Positions 35,945 to 48,954 of a stretch of 64,000 nucleotides of DNA are shown here, piece by piece. Position numbers and translations under genes: made by a program. A model generated the notes under the pieces. The model was not told the DNA's origin. It ran no database searches and saw nothing but the letters and a program-made list of their open reading frames with translations. The stretch spans positions 66,712,001 through 66,776,000 of the forward strand of contig NC_059426.1 in NCBI RefSeq assembly GCF_021028975.2, read 5' to 3'. How positions within the stretch are numbered: the first letter of the stretch is position 1; every line of letters starts with the position of its first letter. This DNA is from Sphaerodactylus townsendi (taxonomy: Eukaryota).

Positions 35945-38900
35945 GTAAGCGAGGGGCGCTCTCCAGCCGTCGCCGAGAAGCTTTTTTTGTGGAGGGGGGG
36001 TGGGTGACGAGACTTCCAGGTGGGCTGCTTAAAAGGGGCCATCAATTTCCAGGCTTTTTCCTGGGGGGGGGGGGATCTACCAGGCAACTTGGGGCAGTGT
36101 GAGGCATCAGTGCCCGGTCAGCCGAAGTCTGACATTTGAATCCGCCTCGCCCAGCGGATTCTCTTCTGCCATCTGGGATCTGGGACTGGCGCAGCCAGAA
36201 GGAATCCGCCATCCGCCCCATGCAGGCTGCAGTTTTAAAATTGAAGGGGGGGGGGGGGTTGCTTCGTTTTGTTGTTGGGGACCACATTGTTTTTGCAGGG
36301 AAAAACCTGTGCCTAGGCCGGTCTCGTTTGCCAAGAACGAAACGCCCCAATAAAGCGGTGGTGAAAAATGCCCTCCCCCCGCGATCCCGATCCCCTACTG
36401 GCTTCTCCAGGGTAGGACTCGATCCTTAGCGCTATTACTTTGCGCAAAAAAAAAGTGGTCTCGCAGTATTCGACTTTTTTTTTTTTTTAGTGCTGGGAAA
36501 ATGTGGATTGAAGAGTTTAATTATTTATATCCTGCATTTCCTGTAAGGCTATCACGAGTCCGGCTTATTAATAAAAATCAAAAATAACGCTTTTATTGGG
36601 GAAGGGGGTAGGGTACCGTTGGAACTTCCCGCTTAGCAGTTAGGTCGCTTGGAAGGGCGCGGGCTTCCCAGACGCCCTCAAGATTAGACGTCCTCTTCAA
36701 AACACTTTCCTGCATTGAATGGACTGGACTCGGATGCGGAGTCGGCCGGTTTCAGATCGCGCCGCTCATGTGGCTGCACAGACTGGGAAACTTGCTGGTC
36801 CAGGACCGGCTTCTCCTGCGCTCCTCTGAGCCTCCCGCCGTCCCACCGCGCTGGCTAGAAAAAAAGGGCGGTCGCTTTCCTTGCTGCGCTTTGGTTTGGC
36901 CCCGATCCGCTCCCGCTCACCGCAGTCGCCCTTCCTCCCCTGCCCCGGTGAGGCTGGCAAGCGAGGTCTGCGCCAAGCAAATGAGGCGGGACTGTCTTTG
37001 AGGATATAATCTTTGCCGTTCAGGTTACTGAGGTCAGCCTGACCCCTTCCGCACATGCGGAATAATGCACTTTCAATCCACTTTCGCACTTGTTTGCAAG
37101 TGGATTGAAAGTGCATTATTCTGCTTGTGCGGAAGGGACCTGGTCCAAGCGGGGTGCAACCCACAAGGCAAGTGGTTCCCTCCACGGTGGCCCGGAGCTG
37201 AACACGTTCGGTCCTGTTAATCTAAAGGCCAGACGAGGCAAGGGGGATGCGTTTCTTTCGTTTATTTCAGTGTTTGTACCTGGCTGGCCCAGGCTGGCCG
37301 ACTCTCTTCCGAGGTCAGAAGCTCTGCGGAGTCTGCCCTGCCTGGCTCCTCTGGGGATGGGAGACCAGCAAGAAAGACGGAGGTCGCGATGCAGAGGACG
37401 GGCGACCGACCTCTGCCCGTCCTTCCCCAGGAAAACCGCGAAGGGCCGCTTCAAGTCGGCTGCGACTGGATGGCACTTAGCGGGCACGCGCGCACGCCCC
37501 CCACGCCGTCGTTCCTCGTAATGCTGGGTCTCCGGGAGGCGAACCAGTTTCACAGACCTGTAAAATAAATGTTTTAAAAGTATCTGTGAAACCAGCAATT
37601 CAACTGGAGCCCTGTTGCGGTCCCAGTCCCCTTTGCCCGGCCCCTCTTTCCTGTGCCCAGAGGGTGCGCCCACGGCCAGCCTCGCGTGGGTCGGTCCCTC
37701 CTGCGCTCGCAGAAAAAGCTAGAAGACGAAAGAGCTTCTTCGGTGGGGGAGCCAACTTACTGCGTGCGCTGAAATGTCATTCCTCTGTTTTCCCAATTTC
37801 AACACGAATAAATAAACCTGGGAATCCTTCATTAAAAACTATCCAGGAGGACTTCACGAGAAAGACTGCACCCCCCCGTGATTTTTTTAAAAAGATCCTG
37901 CGATCGCTGCTTCATGAGCCCTTCGGGGATGGCGGGGTATAAATATAAGAAATAAATAAACTGTTATTTTCAGATTTAGCTGCAAATAAAAACCCGCATT
38001 TCTAAAGGTCGTTTCTGCCGTTTTTATATAGTTCTCTCCCTCACCCCCCCACCCCCCCTTAACCTCAGGAAAAGGTAACCAACAACAGCGCCTTCACCAG
38101 TTGCGACAAGATCTCTGGGTCTGAGAGTCGCCAGCCATCAAATTAATGCTCCTGGTTTACTTGCTACAGTTGAGCTACTTTGCGAAGGGTCCTGCTTGCT
38201 GGAAACCTCCAACAAGTGAATCTACCCATACACACCTCCCTGCCCCTCCTGAGTGACTGTCTGGCAGCACTCCCGGTTCACCCAGGAGCCCTGATGCGAT
38301 CCCTGTCCTCAGCCTTAAAACCCTCGGTGGAGCCGCTGATCTTAAACGGCGCGCGGGCGGCGGCGGGGGGGGGGTGTCTCTGCAGGGAAGCCTCGGTCGT
38401 TTCAGGGGTGCGGACAGATTTAGTGCCATCAGTGGATTGAGGAGCTGACCAATCGGGATGAGCAGGTCAGGTAATGCGGGGGGGGGAGCATCTGCCCCCC
38501 CCCCCCCAACTAGAGCACTTGTCTCCCTCACCGACAACAGTCTTGATGGAGCTCCCCTCGACTGTAGTTCGAGTCCGCCGCGCACCCGGTACAGGATCCA
38601 GTTTGAAATTTCCTTTTTGGATAGGAGCGGAACTCCAATTCAAATCAAACAAACAGGAGCCGATGCGGTGAAGAACTCGCCCAGGGGAGGTTCTGCCGCA
38701 GCCCACTCCTGGTTGTGCTGGTTTTCTGTTTGGGCGAGGGGAAGATTCGCACACACGCGACCCCCAGCCCCACCCCCACTACCAGCAGCCCTAAGGGGGA
38801 TAGCCAGTTCTCTATTCCTCTTCCCCATCTCAGTCCTCTGTCATAGGCAGTTATCTGCTGGAAGTTACTACACCCGTTTATCAGATGGCTCATTCCGCAC

Positions 38901-39643
38901 ATGCAGAATAATGCACTTTCAAACTGCTTTCAGTGCTCTTTGAAGCTGTGGGGAATGGCAAAATCCACTTGCAAACAGTTGTGAAAGTGGTTTGAAAACG
39001 CATTATTTTGCATTTGCGGAAGGCCAGAAACAGAAGAAGGGGCTTTCGGCTAGAGAGGGGTTAGGGCTTCTCCTGACTTTGGGGTTGCGGTTCTTTCCAA
39101 TAGCCAAGTTTACACTCGCAGGTTTATCAAGGTGCGCAGCCTCCCGGGGAATGGCATGCCTGCCAGAAACAACCATCATTTCAGTCAAACACACAGAGAG
39201 ATCTTCCCAATGTTACACATTTCAAAACATTTAACAGTGCACACTTTCAAGCTGCAAGAAAGCCAGTGACACGTTATCAGCAACGCGTGTGAACTGACTC
39301 GCGGGACGAATACGAAATCTGGCGGGGTCTGCATGCCACTGGCTCAGTGATGCTTCCTGTTTATAATAATGTAGCCTCCTCAATACCCGGAAAGAGCTCG
39401 TTTACTCGATTTCTGTTCTAATTTACTTTCTGTCAGGGGCCTCGAGCATTCTCGGAATAGAAAGGGAGTCACAACTTTCCTTCATTAAAAAACAAACAGG
39501 CACGCACTCTCACACACCCAAAACACATTTTTCTCCGGCTGTCCTCGGTTGCTCCCCATCAGGACTCATCTAGCTGGGTTACTCAGACTTATAATTTCAG
39601 CACGGCAATGACTGGCATGGTCTCTATGAACAATGGAAACCAG

Positions 39644-39911
39644 TGGTTGTGGTGGGTTTTCCGGCCTGTGTGGCCGTGGTCTGGTGGATCTTGTTCCTAA
39701 CGTTTCGCCCCTGCATCTGTGGCTGGCATCTTCAGAGGTGTATCACAGAGGGAAGTGTGTTACATACTGTGTCCAGACTTCTCTCTGTGATACACCTCTG
39801 AAGATGCCAGCCACAGATGCAGGCGAGAACAAGATCCACCAGACCACGGCCACACAGCCCAGGAAACCCACCACAACCAGTTGAATCCGGCCATGAAAGC
39901 CTTCGACAATA
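39644..39911. mobile_element. Palindromic Penelope-like element in FEV intron 2
   Basis: Inverted arms; minus-strand hammerhead core intact (39696-39738), plus-strand copy lacks about 8 nt spanning GAAA/stem III/cleavage site. Confidence 0.85.
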
Positions 39912-40844
39912 AAATACAAAAAAGCCCGAAATCTGACTTTGTCAGGCAACCCTCCCCTTCTGCTTAGCAGGACAGCAGCAGAATTGGGACCGCCCAGTGG
40001 CCCGGGGTCCTGCGCCCTCCTTGAGATTCATGGGAGGTGAATGACCCGATCCAGCGCCCCTCCGAAGCACTTTGGACGGCTCCGATGGAAGGGAAAGGCA
40101 CTTCCGGCAACTGATCTGCAGGCTGTTGCATTTTGTGGCTTCCCCCTCCTCCCGCCCCCGGAAAGTTTTTTTTTAATTTCCCCCTAAAGGCAAAAAACGA
40201 CCAATTTGGGACGACTTAAAATAACACAAAACAGCCCGCCAGCTCTCGAGATCTCCACAACTATTAACGGGAGCGGGGCGGGGGGAGGGGCGCGAAGAGG
40301 GAATTGGAGGCGTTTGAGGTTTTGATCTTCAGGCTTCTTCAGTACAAGACGCGAGAGTGTCGGCCTTAGAAGGAGCTGTAACATCTTGGGCCGAACTATC
40401 CCCCCCCCCCCCCCCCCACCGCCGACACTTAAAAAAAAATCTAACAAGACCAAGAATGCCGGAGTGGCCGCAAATGGGCGCGTGGTTTTGCCTGCACTCG
40501 CTGCACGAAGACAGCCGGTTTTACGCTCCCGGACGCGATAAAATGGCTCAGGTGGACACCTAGCTTTTCTTCCGCAGGTCAAGGTGTCCCCGTGAGCATT
40601 CTTATGAGATGGGGATAAAACACTGACCGCACTAATGCTGGAGTTGGAGAAGCCCCCCCCCCCATCACAATAATCTCCAGTTTGTGTGTGTATGTGTGTG
40701 TTTGTGTGTGTGTGTGAGTGAGTGTTGCTGTCAGGCTACCACAATAAAATACATTTAACCCAATAAACGTAACTACAATAACAATAAAACATGTTAAATT
40801 TTTAAAAAACTGTAAAACCCAGATGTTAGCTTCTCTTTCTAGAC

Positions 40845-41087
40845 CAGGGGTAAGGAACCTGCGGCTCTCCAGATGTTCAGGGGACACACAATTCCATAAA
40901 GCCCTACCAGCATGGCCAGTGTAGTTCCTGAACGTCTGGAGAAGCCACGGAGTTCTGTTCTAAACCAGGGGTAAGGGAACCCATGGCTCTCCAGATGTTC
41001 AGGGAACTACAATTCTATCAAATTCTTACTCAGCATGGCCAATTGTAGTTCCTGAACATCTGGAGAGCCGCAGGTTCCCTACCCCTG
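40845..41087. mobile_element. Two tandem hAT MITEs (40845-40957 and 40966-41087)
   Basis: Three copies of the 8-bp target: TTCTAGAC / TTCTAAAC / TTCTAGAC. Confidence 0.85.
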
Positions 41088-42558
41088 TTCTAGACCCACA
41101 AGAGGCCATGATCAAACTTTATGGTTCCTGGCACAATGGAAAGGCCAGTCAGAACAGCTCCATCTACCAGGCCTTGCGGAACTGATTTAGATCCCGCAGG
41201 GCCCTGATCTCTAGGGGGAGCTTGTTCCACCAGGTTGGGGCCAGGACTGAAAAAGCCCTGGCCCTCTGGAGGCCAGCCCGGGGACTTTTGGGCCAGGGAT
41301 TCCCAAAAGGTTCACCTCCGAGACAAGACTGCTCAAGGCCTTAAAGGTTAAAACCAGAACCTTGAAAATGGCCCAGCTGTTTTAAGAAGGTTGCCCATCC
41401 AAACATTCACCAGGGCTGACTCTACTTAGCTTCATAGATCTGGCCAGACCAGGTCAGCCTGGGGCTATCCAGGTCAGGGCTAGCCTGTGAGTGGATTTTG
41501 CTATTCTGCACAGTAAAATCCAGCTGCAAAGTGGATTGAAAGTGGATTGAAAGTGCATTGTTCTGCATGTGCAGAAGGGGCCTAGGAGAGGAAAGAAAGG
41601 CCACTTCGGGCCTTGATTGGATTTGAGCAGGAGGCACAATCTACCCTGTGTTTTGAGCTCCAGATGCAGATATTATATGACTTTTGACTAGATTTGGTTT
41701 GACCCCTGCAGGTCAGTGGCAGCCATCTATGTCCCATCTAGAGAGCTGGTGGAGATGGAAGAGAGCTGGTGGAGATGGAGGAAGGGGGCTCAGCCGGATA
41801 GGAAGCCCCGTGTGATCAAGAGGGAGCCCCCTCACCGCCACTGAGGGAACGTTGACCGATGGGGGTTCTTTCGTGGCTCCTAAATGCAAGCCTTCCTCGT
41901 TAACAGTCTCGGCCCAGATAATAGCTCAATCAGGCAGCAGCGGGAGGGGAAATTTTAAAGCCGCTCTTTATTATCAGTCACTCCCATCGATTTCCTGGCC
42001 GTCTGGGGGGCATTTTAAATTCTCCCATCTTGTTTGCCTTATGACGCCTGGAAGATTATAGCTTCTCTGTACGTCTTTGTGAGTGTTTGCCCTTGGAGTT
42101 TCTCCTGCCTCCCTTCTGTTGAAGATAACAGGAAATGCACGCAGAGAGCAAGCCAGAGAGAGCACTTAATATTCATCCCCACAGTAGGAGGTTCCGCCTT
42201 CAGAAAACACTGGAACCAAAGACCTGAGCCTTTTGAGGAGCCCCCCCCCAAGCCAAGCAAGCTTCTCTGTGCAAATAACACCCATCCATCCCTACCATAC
42301 CTCTGTGTACAACACTTGGGCTCCTCATTACTTCTTGAAGCATTCAGCCCTGGGACTGATGGGGGAGGGTTGTGGGGTCACTGCCAAAGAGAGGGTTGAC
42401 TTGTCAACTGTGTCAGTGCTGATCCTGCCAATGCGCAGGTGCTTCCTTGAAGCTGAAGGTTTCAGCCTCCTGGCAAGTATGAGGATCTGAAAGAGTAGTC
42501 TTGACCACAACAAGGCACAGAGCTCCACTTCAATTCACTGGTTCCAGAGGGTCTAAAC

Positions 42559-42726
42559 CAGCGGTTCTCAAACTGTGGATCGAACAACCCTTTCACAGGG
42601 GTCGCCTAAGACCCTCTGCATCAGTGTTCTCCATCTGTAAAATGGATACATGTTAGGGTTGGGGGTCACCACAACATGAGAAACTGTATTAAAGGGTCAT
42701 GGCATTAGGAAGGTTGAGAACCACTG
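42559..42726. mobile_element. SPIN/URR1-like hAT MITE
   Basis: TIRs CAGCGGTTCTCAA...TTGAGAACCACTG; perfect TSD GTCTAAAC; near-identical to 6388-6773 without the nested insert. Confidence 0.9.
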
Positions 42727-43517
42727 GTCTAAACACTATCATATGGTGATCTTATTGTTTTCGTGCTTAAGAAGGCTTCGAATTGCAGAGGTCTCAGACA
42801 TCTTCTAGTCACAGTCCAGTGTCCTTTATATAGGGCATATTTTTAATGCTTAAAGGAAAGCATATACTATTGTCTACAAACTGAGCTCAAGAGTAGTTAA
42901 TCAACCTAAAATAGTGACAACTCTCTTCAAAGAATAAAAAGTGTTTTCTCTCAAAACACTTTGAAGGGGGGAAAATGTAGATACATCTTTTTTTCTGTAT
43001 AGAGCTTCCTCCCTGTCCTTTTTTTAAACAGTCGGTTGCTGGTTAAATATGTCATTCCCACTCCCATGTTTGCAGAAGGTATCCTCCAACCTGCTAAAAT
43101 ATTATTGCCTGCTTAATCAAATTGTCAGGGGCATGATTTCCTCACAAATAGAACAGCTATGCAGGGGCAGCCCAACTGTGTATAATGGTGATGTTATAGT
43201 ATTAGATTACATTGTATTATATTCGATTTCTTGTGTTGGTTTTCAGTATATACACAGTCATTTCTGGTGCTTATCAGTGGAGAATTCAACTAAGATGTGA
43301 CAGAGCTGATGGATGGAATATTGTTCATTTTGGTGTTTTAAAGATGAGACTGAGATATAAATTAAAGATTTTTAACTGATCAAGCATCTGACTCAGCCGA
43401 TATATTTTAACTGGTTGTTATAGTTGATGGCTGAGCCAAGAGTGAATTGTATTGGCTGGTTTAAATATTTATATACCATAACCTTAAATATAGATTTTTA
43501 TAAATGCCTCTCACTAT

Positions 43518-43647
43518 GGCTGATTCTGCATGGGCCAAAAACAACAGTGTGAAAATGGTGTGAAAACGGTGTAAAAGGGTTTAAAACGGTGTTGAAGGGT
43601 TTATGCCGTTTTCACACCGCTGTTTGTGGCTCATGCGGAATCAGCCG
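43518..43647. mobile_element. Palindromic Harbinger-like MITE
   Basis: GGCTGATTCTGCATG...CATGCGGAATCAGCC termini with internal AAAACGGTGT repeats. Confidence 0.65.
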
Positions 43648-44019
43648 TAGCCCCAGTAGTTGACTTCAACAGTGGCTCAAGTGACTTCAGTTTTCCCCAA
43701 GAGGGAAAATTCTGGTTTTGGTGGCCATTTACATACTCAGAAAACCACCTCTTGGTTCCCTCCTTCATGGGATTCCAGATGCATGGTTGGACATTTGAAA
43801 TCATGCAGAGAACTATTTTGCATCTAGGCTATTTTGAGTAGGGAAAACACTGAAGAATGGGTTAAACTTTCCCTCCCGAAGTGTTACAGCACTTTGAAAT
43901 TGTGAAATTGGACTGTATCATTTATGAAGGAAGGGATGCTGGGACACAAGACTAGCTGTTCAGCCAGATGTTATTAGGAATTATTTCCTTTGTGATTTCC
44001 AGCTCTAGTGATGTGGGGT

Positions 44020-44025
<6 letters not shown>

Positions 44026-44062
<37 letters not shown>
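44026..44062. repeat. (GT)n microsatellite (others near 22575, 31847 and 40684)
   Basis: Direct reading. Confidence 0.95.
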
Positions 44063-44063
<1 letters not shown>

Positions 44064-44769
44064 TGGTGGTGGGGGGGATAGATTAATAATGTGGTGGTGG
44101 AAAGTGCTGTCAAGTTTAAGTCAACTTACAGCAAGCCTAGAGGGTTTTCAAGGTAAGAGATGTTCAGAGGCGGTTTGCCATTGCCCACCTTTTTGCAGTG
44201 ACTGTGGACGTCCTTGATGGCCTCCCACCCAAGTTGAACTTGCTTCTTAATTTCCAAGATGTGATGAAGTCAGTCTAGCTTGGACCATTTGGGTCATGGG
44301 CTCAGTAAGTGACATCTCCTATTACAAGGTCTCAGGCAGATTGTTTTAAGGCTGCCCCAGTGAGGGTCAAACTATACATTGCAGCAAAAGGGTGTCTGAA
44401 TGGGAAAATAATGGCAAATCATATTCCTGTCCCCAGCCCTACATCATCAACGTGATCTCATACAGCTTACCTGATGTTATGAGGTCACAATTTACAGTAT
44501 CTCCCTGCTTCCAGCGGTGTCAGCCGAAAAGATGAGACATTAAAACAGGGAATTGCTGAACGTGTTACAAAGTGCAAACAGGAAGAGGAACTAGGAATCA
44601 GGTTGCCAGAACACCTACTGGGTTTAGCATAACATCTACTTTGGCCTTCAGAGCAAATAGTGCTAGGTGGATAAACAGATTGATCTGATATACAGAAGCT
44701 TCACAGGAGAGCAGGGCTAGCCACTGACTTTGGTGCCCCAGATTAATTGCTTGTTTCATGACTTTTCAG

Positions 44770-45272
44770 GCAGTGGACAGATTCAGTTGTGGCAGTTTCT
44801 GCTGGAGCTGCTTTCAGACCGTGCAAACCTCAACTGCATTGCATGGGAGGGCACCAACGGTGAGTTCAAACTGCTGGATCCCGATGAGGTGGCACGGCGC
44901 TGGGGCGAGCGCAAGAGCAAGCCCAACATGAACTATGATAAGTTGAGTCGGGCGCTACGCTACTACTATGACAAGAACATCATGACCAAGGTGCACGGCA
45001 AGCGCTACGCCTACAAGTTCGACTTCCAGGGCCTAGCACAGGTCTGCCAACCAGCCACGCCTGACCACACCCTCTACAAATTCCAGGCACCCTTGCCTTT
45101 CTCTGGCATCTCCAAACTCAACATCATGGCCTCCGGTGTGACCCCTACCAGTTTCTCCTACTGGCCAGGTTCTACTCCGGCCCTGTACCCCAGCCATGGC
45201 CTACAGCCGTCAACACCCTTCAGTGCCATGGCAACCTCCCATATCAACAACATGAACAGTCACTACCACTAG
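44770..45272 (+). CDS. FEV: FEV/Pet-1 coding exon 3: ETS domain and C-terminus
   Basis: Acceptor TTTTCAG|; [14 protein letters not shown]...[42 protein letters not shown]...HYH*; three exons total 627 nt = 208 aa + stop. Confidence 0.97.
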
Positions 45273-45461
45273 GCCTCTTGCGGCTGGAGGGAAACAGGAG
45301 GGATGGGAGGGATGGCCTTTAGACTTCGCCCTGGGACACATCCAGTTTGATTGTGGAGATATTGTGTGGAAGGGGGCAGGGGCTGAAGAGATGGACTGGA
45401 TCTCAGTGGTAGCAAAGGAGCTGGGAGACATAAGGCCTCTTTTGGGCAGAAAACACCTTCC

Positions 45462-45467
45462 AATAAA
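45462..45467 (+). terminator. FEV: Candidate FEV polyadenylation signal
   Basis: First AATAAA after the stop; the real 3' end may lie further downstream. Confidence 0.35.
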
Positions 45468-48400
45468 CCCAAGTCCTTCATTTCATATGACACATTTCAG
45501 CAACTGCCCTAATTTCTCCCTTGTCTTAAAAAATCCCTTGCAATATATTGTAATGGTGTCAGAGTTTCCTTGTCCTTGCTACCCTTCATTCCCTTCGTGC
45601 ATGTATTTAGAAAGGCAGGGAGGAATTGATAAGTCTCCAGCAAAGCCACACATTCCGTCATCCAAACAGACTCATGGCAGAGAGGAGATATAAGGCTAGG
45701 GGGGGTAACCATTACACCAATCTAAATGAAGCTTAGTGAGCATGGGGCACTTGAAGGCCCACCTGGTATAACTTATATGCTGCTTACATATATATCCTTT
45801 TTTGTCAAGCACACATCAGAGCTAAACAATGAAGTGTTTAAAATAGGGCTGTTCTCAATATTTGCTTCTTTGCACTGTTTTGGCTTTGTACTAACAATTC
45901 TGGTGTACTAGAAGTGCCTCACAAATAGTATTTTGATATTGCAAATTGTCACCTGTGGTCACCCACACCCCTTGTTTTCCCAGGGAGGGGCATCTTTGGT
46001 CCTGTATATTCTCCTGGTTTAGTCTTATTGGTTTAGTCTGGTGAGTGATCCCACCCAATCAGGAATAACAGAATGGATGAATGCTATAACATTGCCACAC
46101 AGTCAGCTGGATCACTGATGATGTTACTAGATCTGTACATCTTTGCAGGCAGTGCTGGGAAGGAAAAGTTCAGGAAAGGAGGCATATTTCACAATTGCTG
46201 ACAATGTTCAGTATCTTTGGCTTGTGACTCAGACATATCTACAAATCCATGTTTAGCTTGGGAAAATGCAAATTAAGCAGGATTCCTGCTTGGAAACAGT
46301 GTGACACCTGGCGTAGATGGTTTCCCTTCTACCAATATAGACACACGTATCCCCCAAACTTTCATACACTTGTAGTTGTCCATGTTTTCAGTCAAGAACC
46401 AAGCAACTTTCCACAAGCAGCTAAAAGTAGCTGAGAGCTGCAGTCTAACCCTTACAAGCTCTTGGGGTGGCTTCCCTGTGCTGCCTAAAACCAGAGGTCT
46501 GCATATTCACACAAGAGAAGCCACCAATGTGCAGAGAAGCCACCAATATCCATAAATAGGAAAAATGTGTCATCAATATGCAAAGTTTCATTTAAAAACA
46601 AGAGTGAAATTCAGCCTTGGCCTACTGTAACTGCTACATAGTTTGTCATAAAGCAGCATTCTGTTGGCCTGAACAAACTGCAGCCTCCAGGAATGGTATG
46701 CCATCATGTGTGAATGCAGCTGTGTGATCTCCTACTGCCTCTCCTGCCCCCATACTGGATATTTCCCATGTTATAAACCAGGATGTTTTCACATACGAAG
46801 GCCAATTTTTTAAAATTCAATTGACTCCATAATGTGAAGGTAAACTCTTACATTATCCAGAATATTCATTTTCAGTACAAATGCTTCTCCTCTGTGACAG
46901 ACAGATGAAGAGGGAGGGAGAACAGAAGAGGAAAAGTGATTTAAGTTTTGCCTGTGAAAATGCCTTTCTTTCCATTCATTTTAGCAGCTGACACTAGAAA
47001 TCAAACCCCTGTCTGCTTCACACTGAAATTTATTTTAAATTATGTATAGAGATGGAGCTTAGAGCGAAAGCGCGTGACGGTGCCTCACAGTGAATCTTTC
47101 AAAGGTAGTATTTTCCTCATTGACCAGCTGAGGCTATCCAGGGTCCCAGGCAGACCTAGAGTGGTCGACTTCCAGAAGATCTCCTTGAATTACAACTGAT
47201 CTCTAGAGGTCAGTTTCCATGGAGAAAATGGCCACCGTGGAGGGTGGACTGAATGGCACTATAATCTGCTGAGGTCCCTCCCCTCCCCAAACCCCACCTT
47301 CCCCAGGCTTCACCCACAAATCCCCAGGAATTTCCCAACCTGCCCCTGGCAACCATGTTCAGATATCATCTTCGACCATGTGCTTTGCATTGGAGATGCC
47401 AGGACTTTGTGCGTGAGAAGAGGTTGCTCTACCGCTGGCTGTGCCACAGTCAACCCTCTCTGCCGCACCCCACAACTCTTCTGGAACGTGCTGTTCAAAG
47501 CAGCTGCTCAGCGGGCTTCATGGTAAAGTCAAGGCCACTAATTTGGCAGTTTTATCCAGTTGATGGGAATGTTGCCCTCCTCTTGCTTTCATGACACCAG
47601 CCCATTGTCTGCCACCATCAGGCAATGGAAATCCAGAAATTCAGGGCCTGTCACTTGATATAAGAAATGGGCACTGTTTAAGGTACCAGTGGCAGAGGTG
47701 GTCGGGCAGCATCCAAAGGCAAACTCACAGATTGTTTCAAGATTAAACTGCGAAAAGTTGAAGCTGCTGTGTTATTTGTTATAGCTCAGAAGAATCAGAG
47801 AAATAATCCCATGTAGTATAATCCCTCCCATACAGGCTGCTGCCTGTACACAGTGTTACCTGATCTGATCAGGGCCCCTATCCTCTTGGAAAGTTAGTGT
47901 CATCTGTGATAGGCAAGCACAAAATCCTCTTGGAAAGTTTGTTGGAAAGAAGGACAGGCATTGAAATAATGATCAGCCAGGGCAGAGGGGTATTCATGGG
48001 GTAAACATGAACAAGGGAGCCTTCTCCCTACCAAAACTCATGATAGACACATATGCTCTTTTGATAATCACAGTCCACCGTGCCCCAGCTGAGCTCACTT
48101 ATTTTCCTGTGTTGCAAGCCCTGCATTTCCAGATCTCTCTGCTCACTCTCCCTACAACACAGTGATGTGAAATTCTGGCACCAACTGCCTGCCAAAACCA
48201 GCTCCCACTTTCTCCTCACCTTTCTGGCCTTCCAGATCCTCTACCGAGATATTCACTGAGCTAATCCATGTTATCTTGCAATTTCCTGTGAAGCTTTCCT
48301 CCCTCCTGTGTATGCAATAGCTCACTCAGTGTTGGTTCCAGCCTTCTGCTGGGGTGAGGGAACCAGCTTATGGTCAGTTGCCTGCAGTTCATCCTCTTGC

Positions 48401-48512
48401 TACAGTCTCCAGATGGCAGAGGTCCACCTGCTTCTAGAAGAAAACTGGCTTACAACCTCCTTCTCCACCTCTGGCAATTTCCTCACAGGGACAGGAGTTT
48501 AAAGCAACCTGG

Positions 48513-48716
48513 GAAGAAGAAGAAGAGTTTGAATTTATACCCCACCTTTCTTTCCTGTAAGGAGACTCAAGGTGGCTTACAAACTCCTTTCCCTTCGTCT
48601 CCCCACAACAGACACCGTGTGAGGTAGCTGGGGCTGAGAGAGTTCCGAAGAACTGGGACTAGCCCAAGGTCACCTAGCAGGAATGGTAGGAGTGTGGAAA
48701 CACATCTGGTTCATCT
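48513..48716 (-). mobile_element. Squam3-type SINE (reverse)
   Basis: (GAA)n tail followed by the reverse-complement body. Confidence 0.8.
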
Positions 48717-48954
48717 GGGGAGACTATTTGAAGAACATGAGGAGCAATTCTGCTTCTTATCATAGTTTCCCAAAGCTTTCTGCTCCCCTGCCTCCCCAAA
48801 AGTCTGTTGAGGGATTCCTATATTTGTTTTTGCATAAAAGTCTACATTGGTTCAGTGGCAAAGAGTCTTGTGGAACTATAATGACTCAGGCATTTTTTGA
48901 GGTATAAATGTCTATTTTGGGGATGTACGAATAAATAAACTGTTCCAGTTATCT

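Larger units (their letters stand above)
34600..36000 (+). promoter_or_regulatory. FEV: CpG island covering the FEV promoter and exons 1-2 (CpG-rich patches continue to about 40560)
   Basis: Abrupt rise in GC and CpG density relative to the CpG-depleted flanks; GC boxes, GATA, ETS and homeodomain motifs. Confidence 0.85.

Noticed and set aside
34550-38950. Numerous long overlapping GC-rich ORFs
   Set aside because: Expected stop-codon scarcity in a CpG island; only the two small FEV exons have homology and splice support
44730-44769. ORF-track start making FEV a single-exon 180-aa protein
   Set aside because: Non-ATG start in intronic sequence; the true N-terminus comes from the exons at 35281 and 35870
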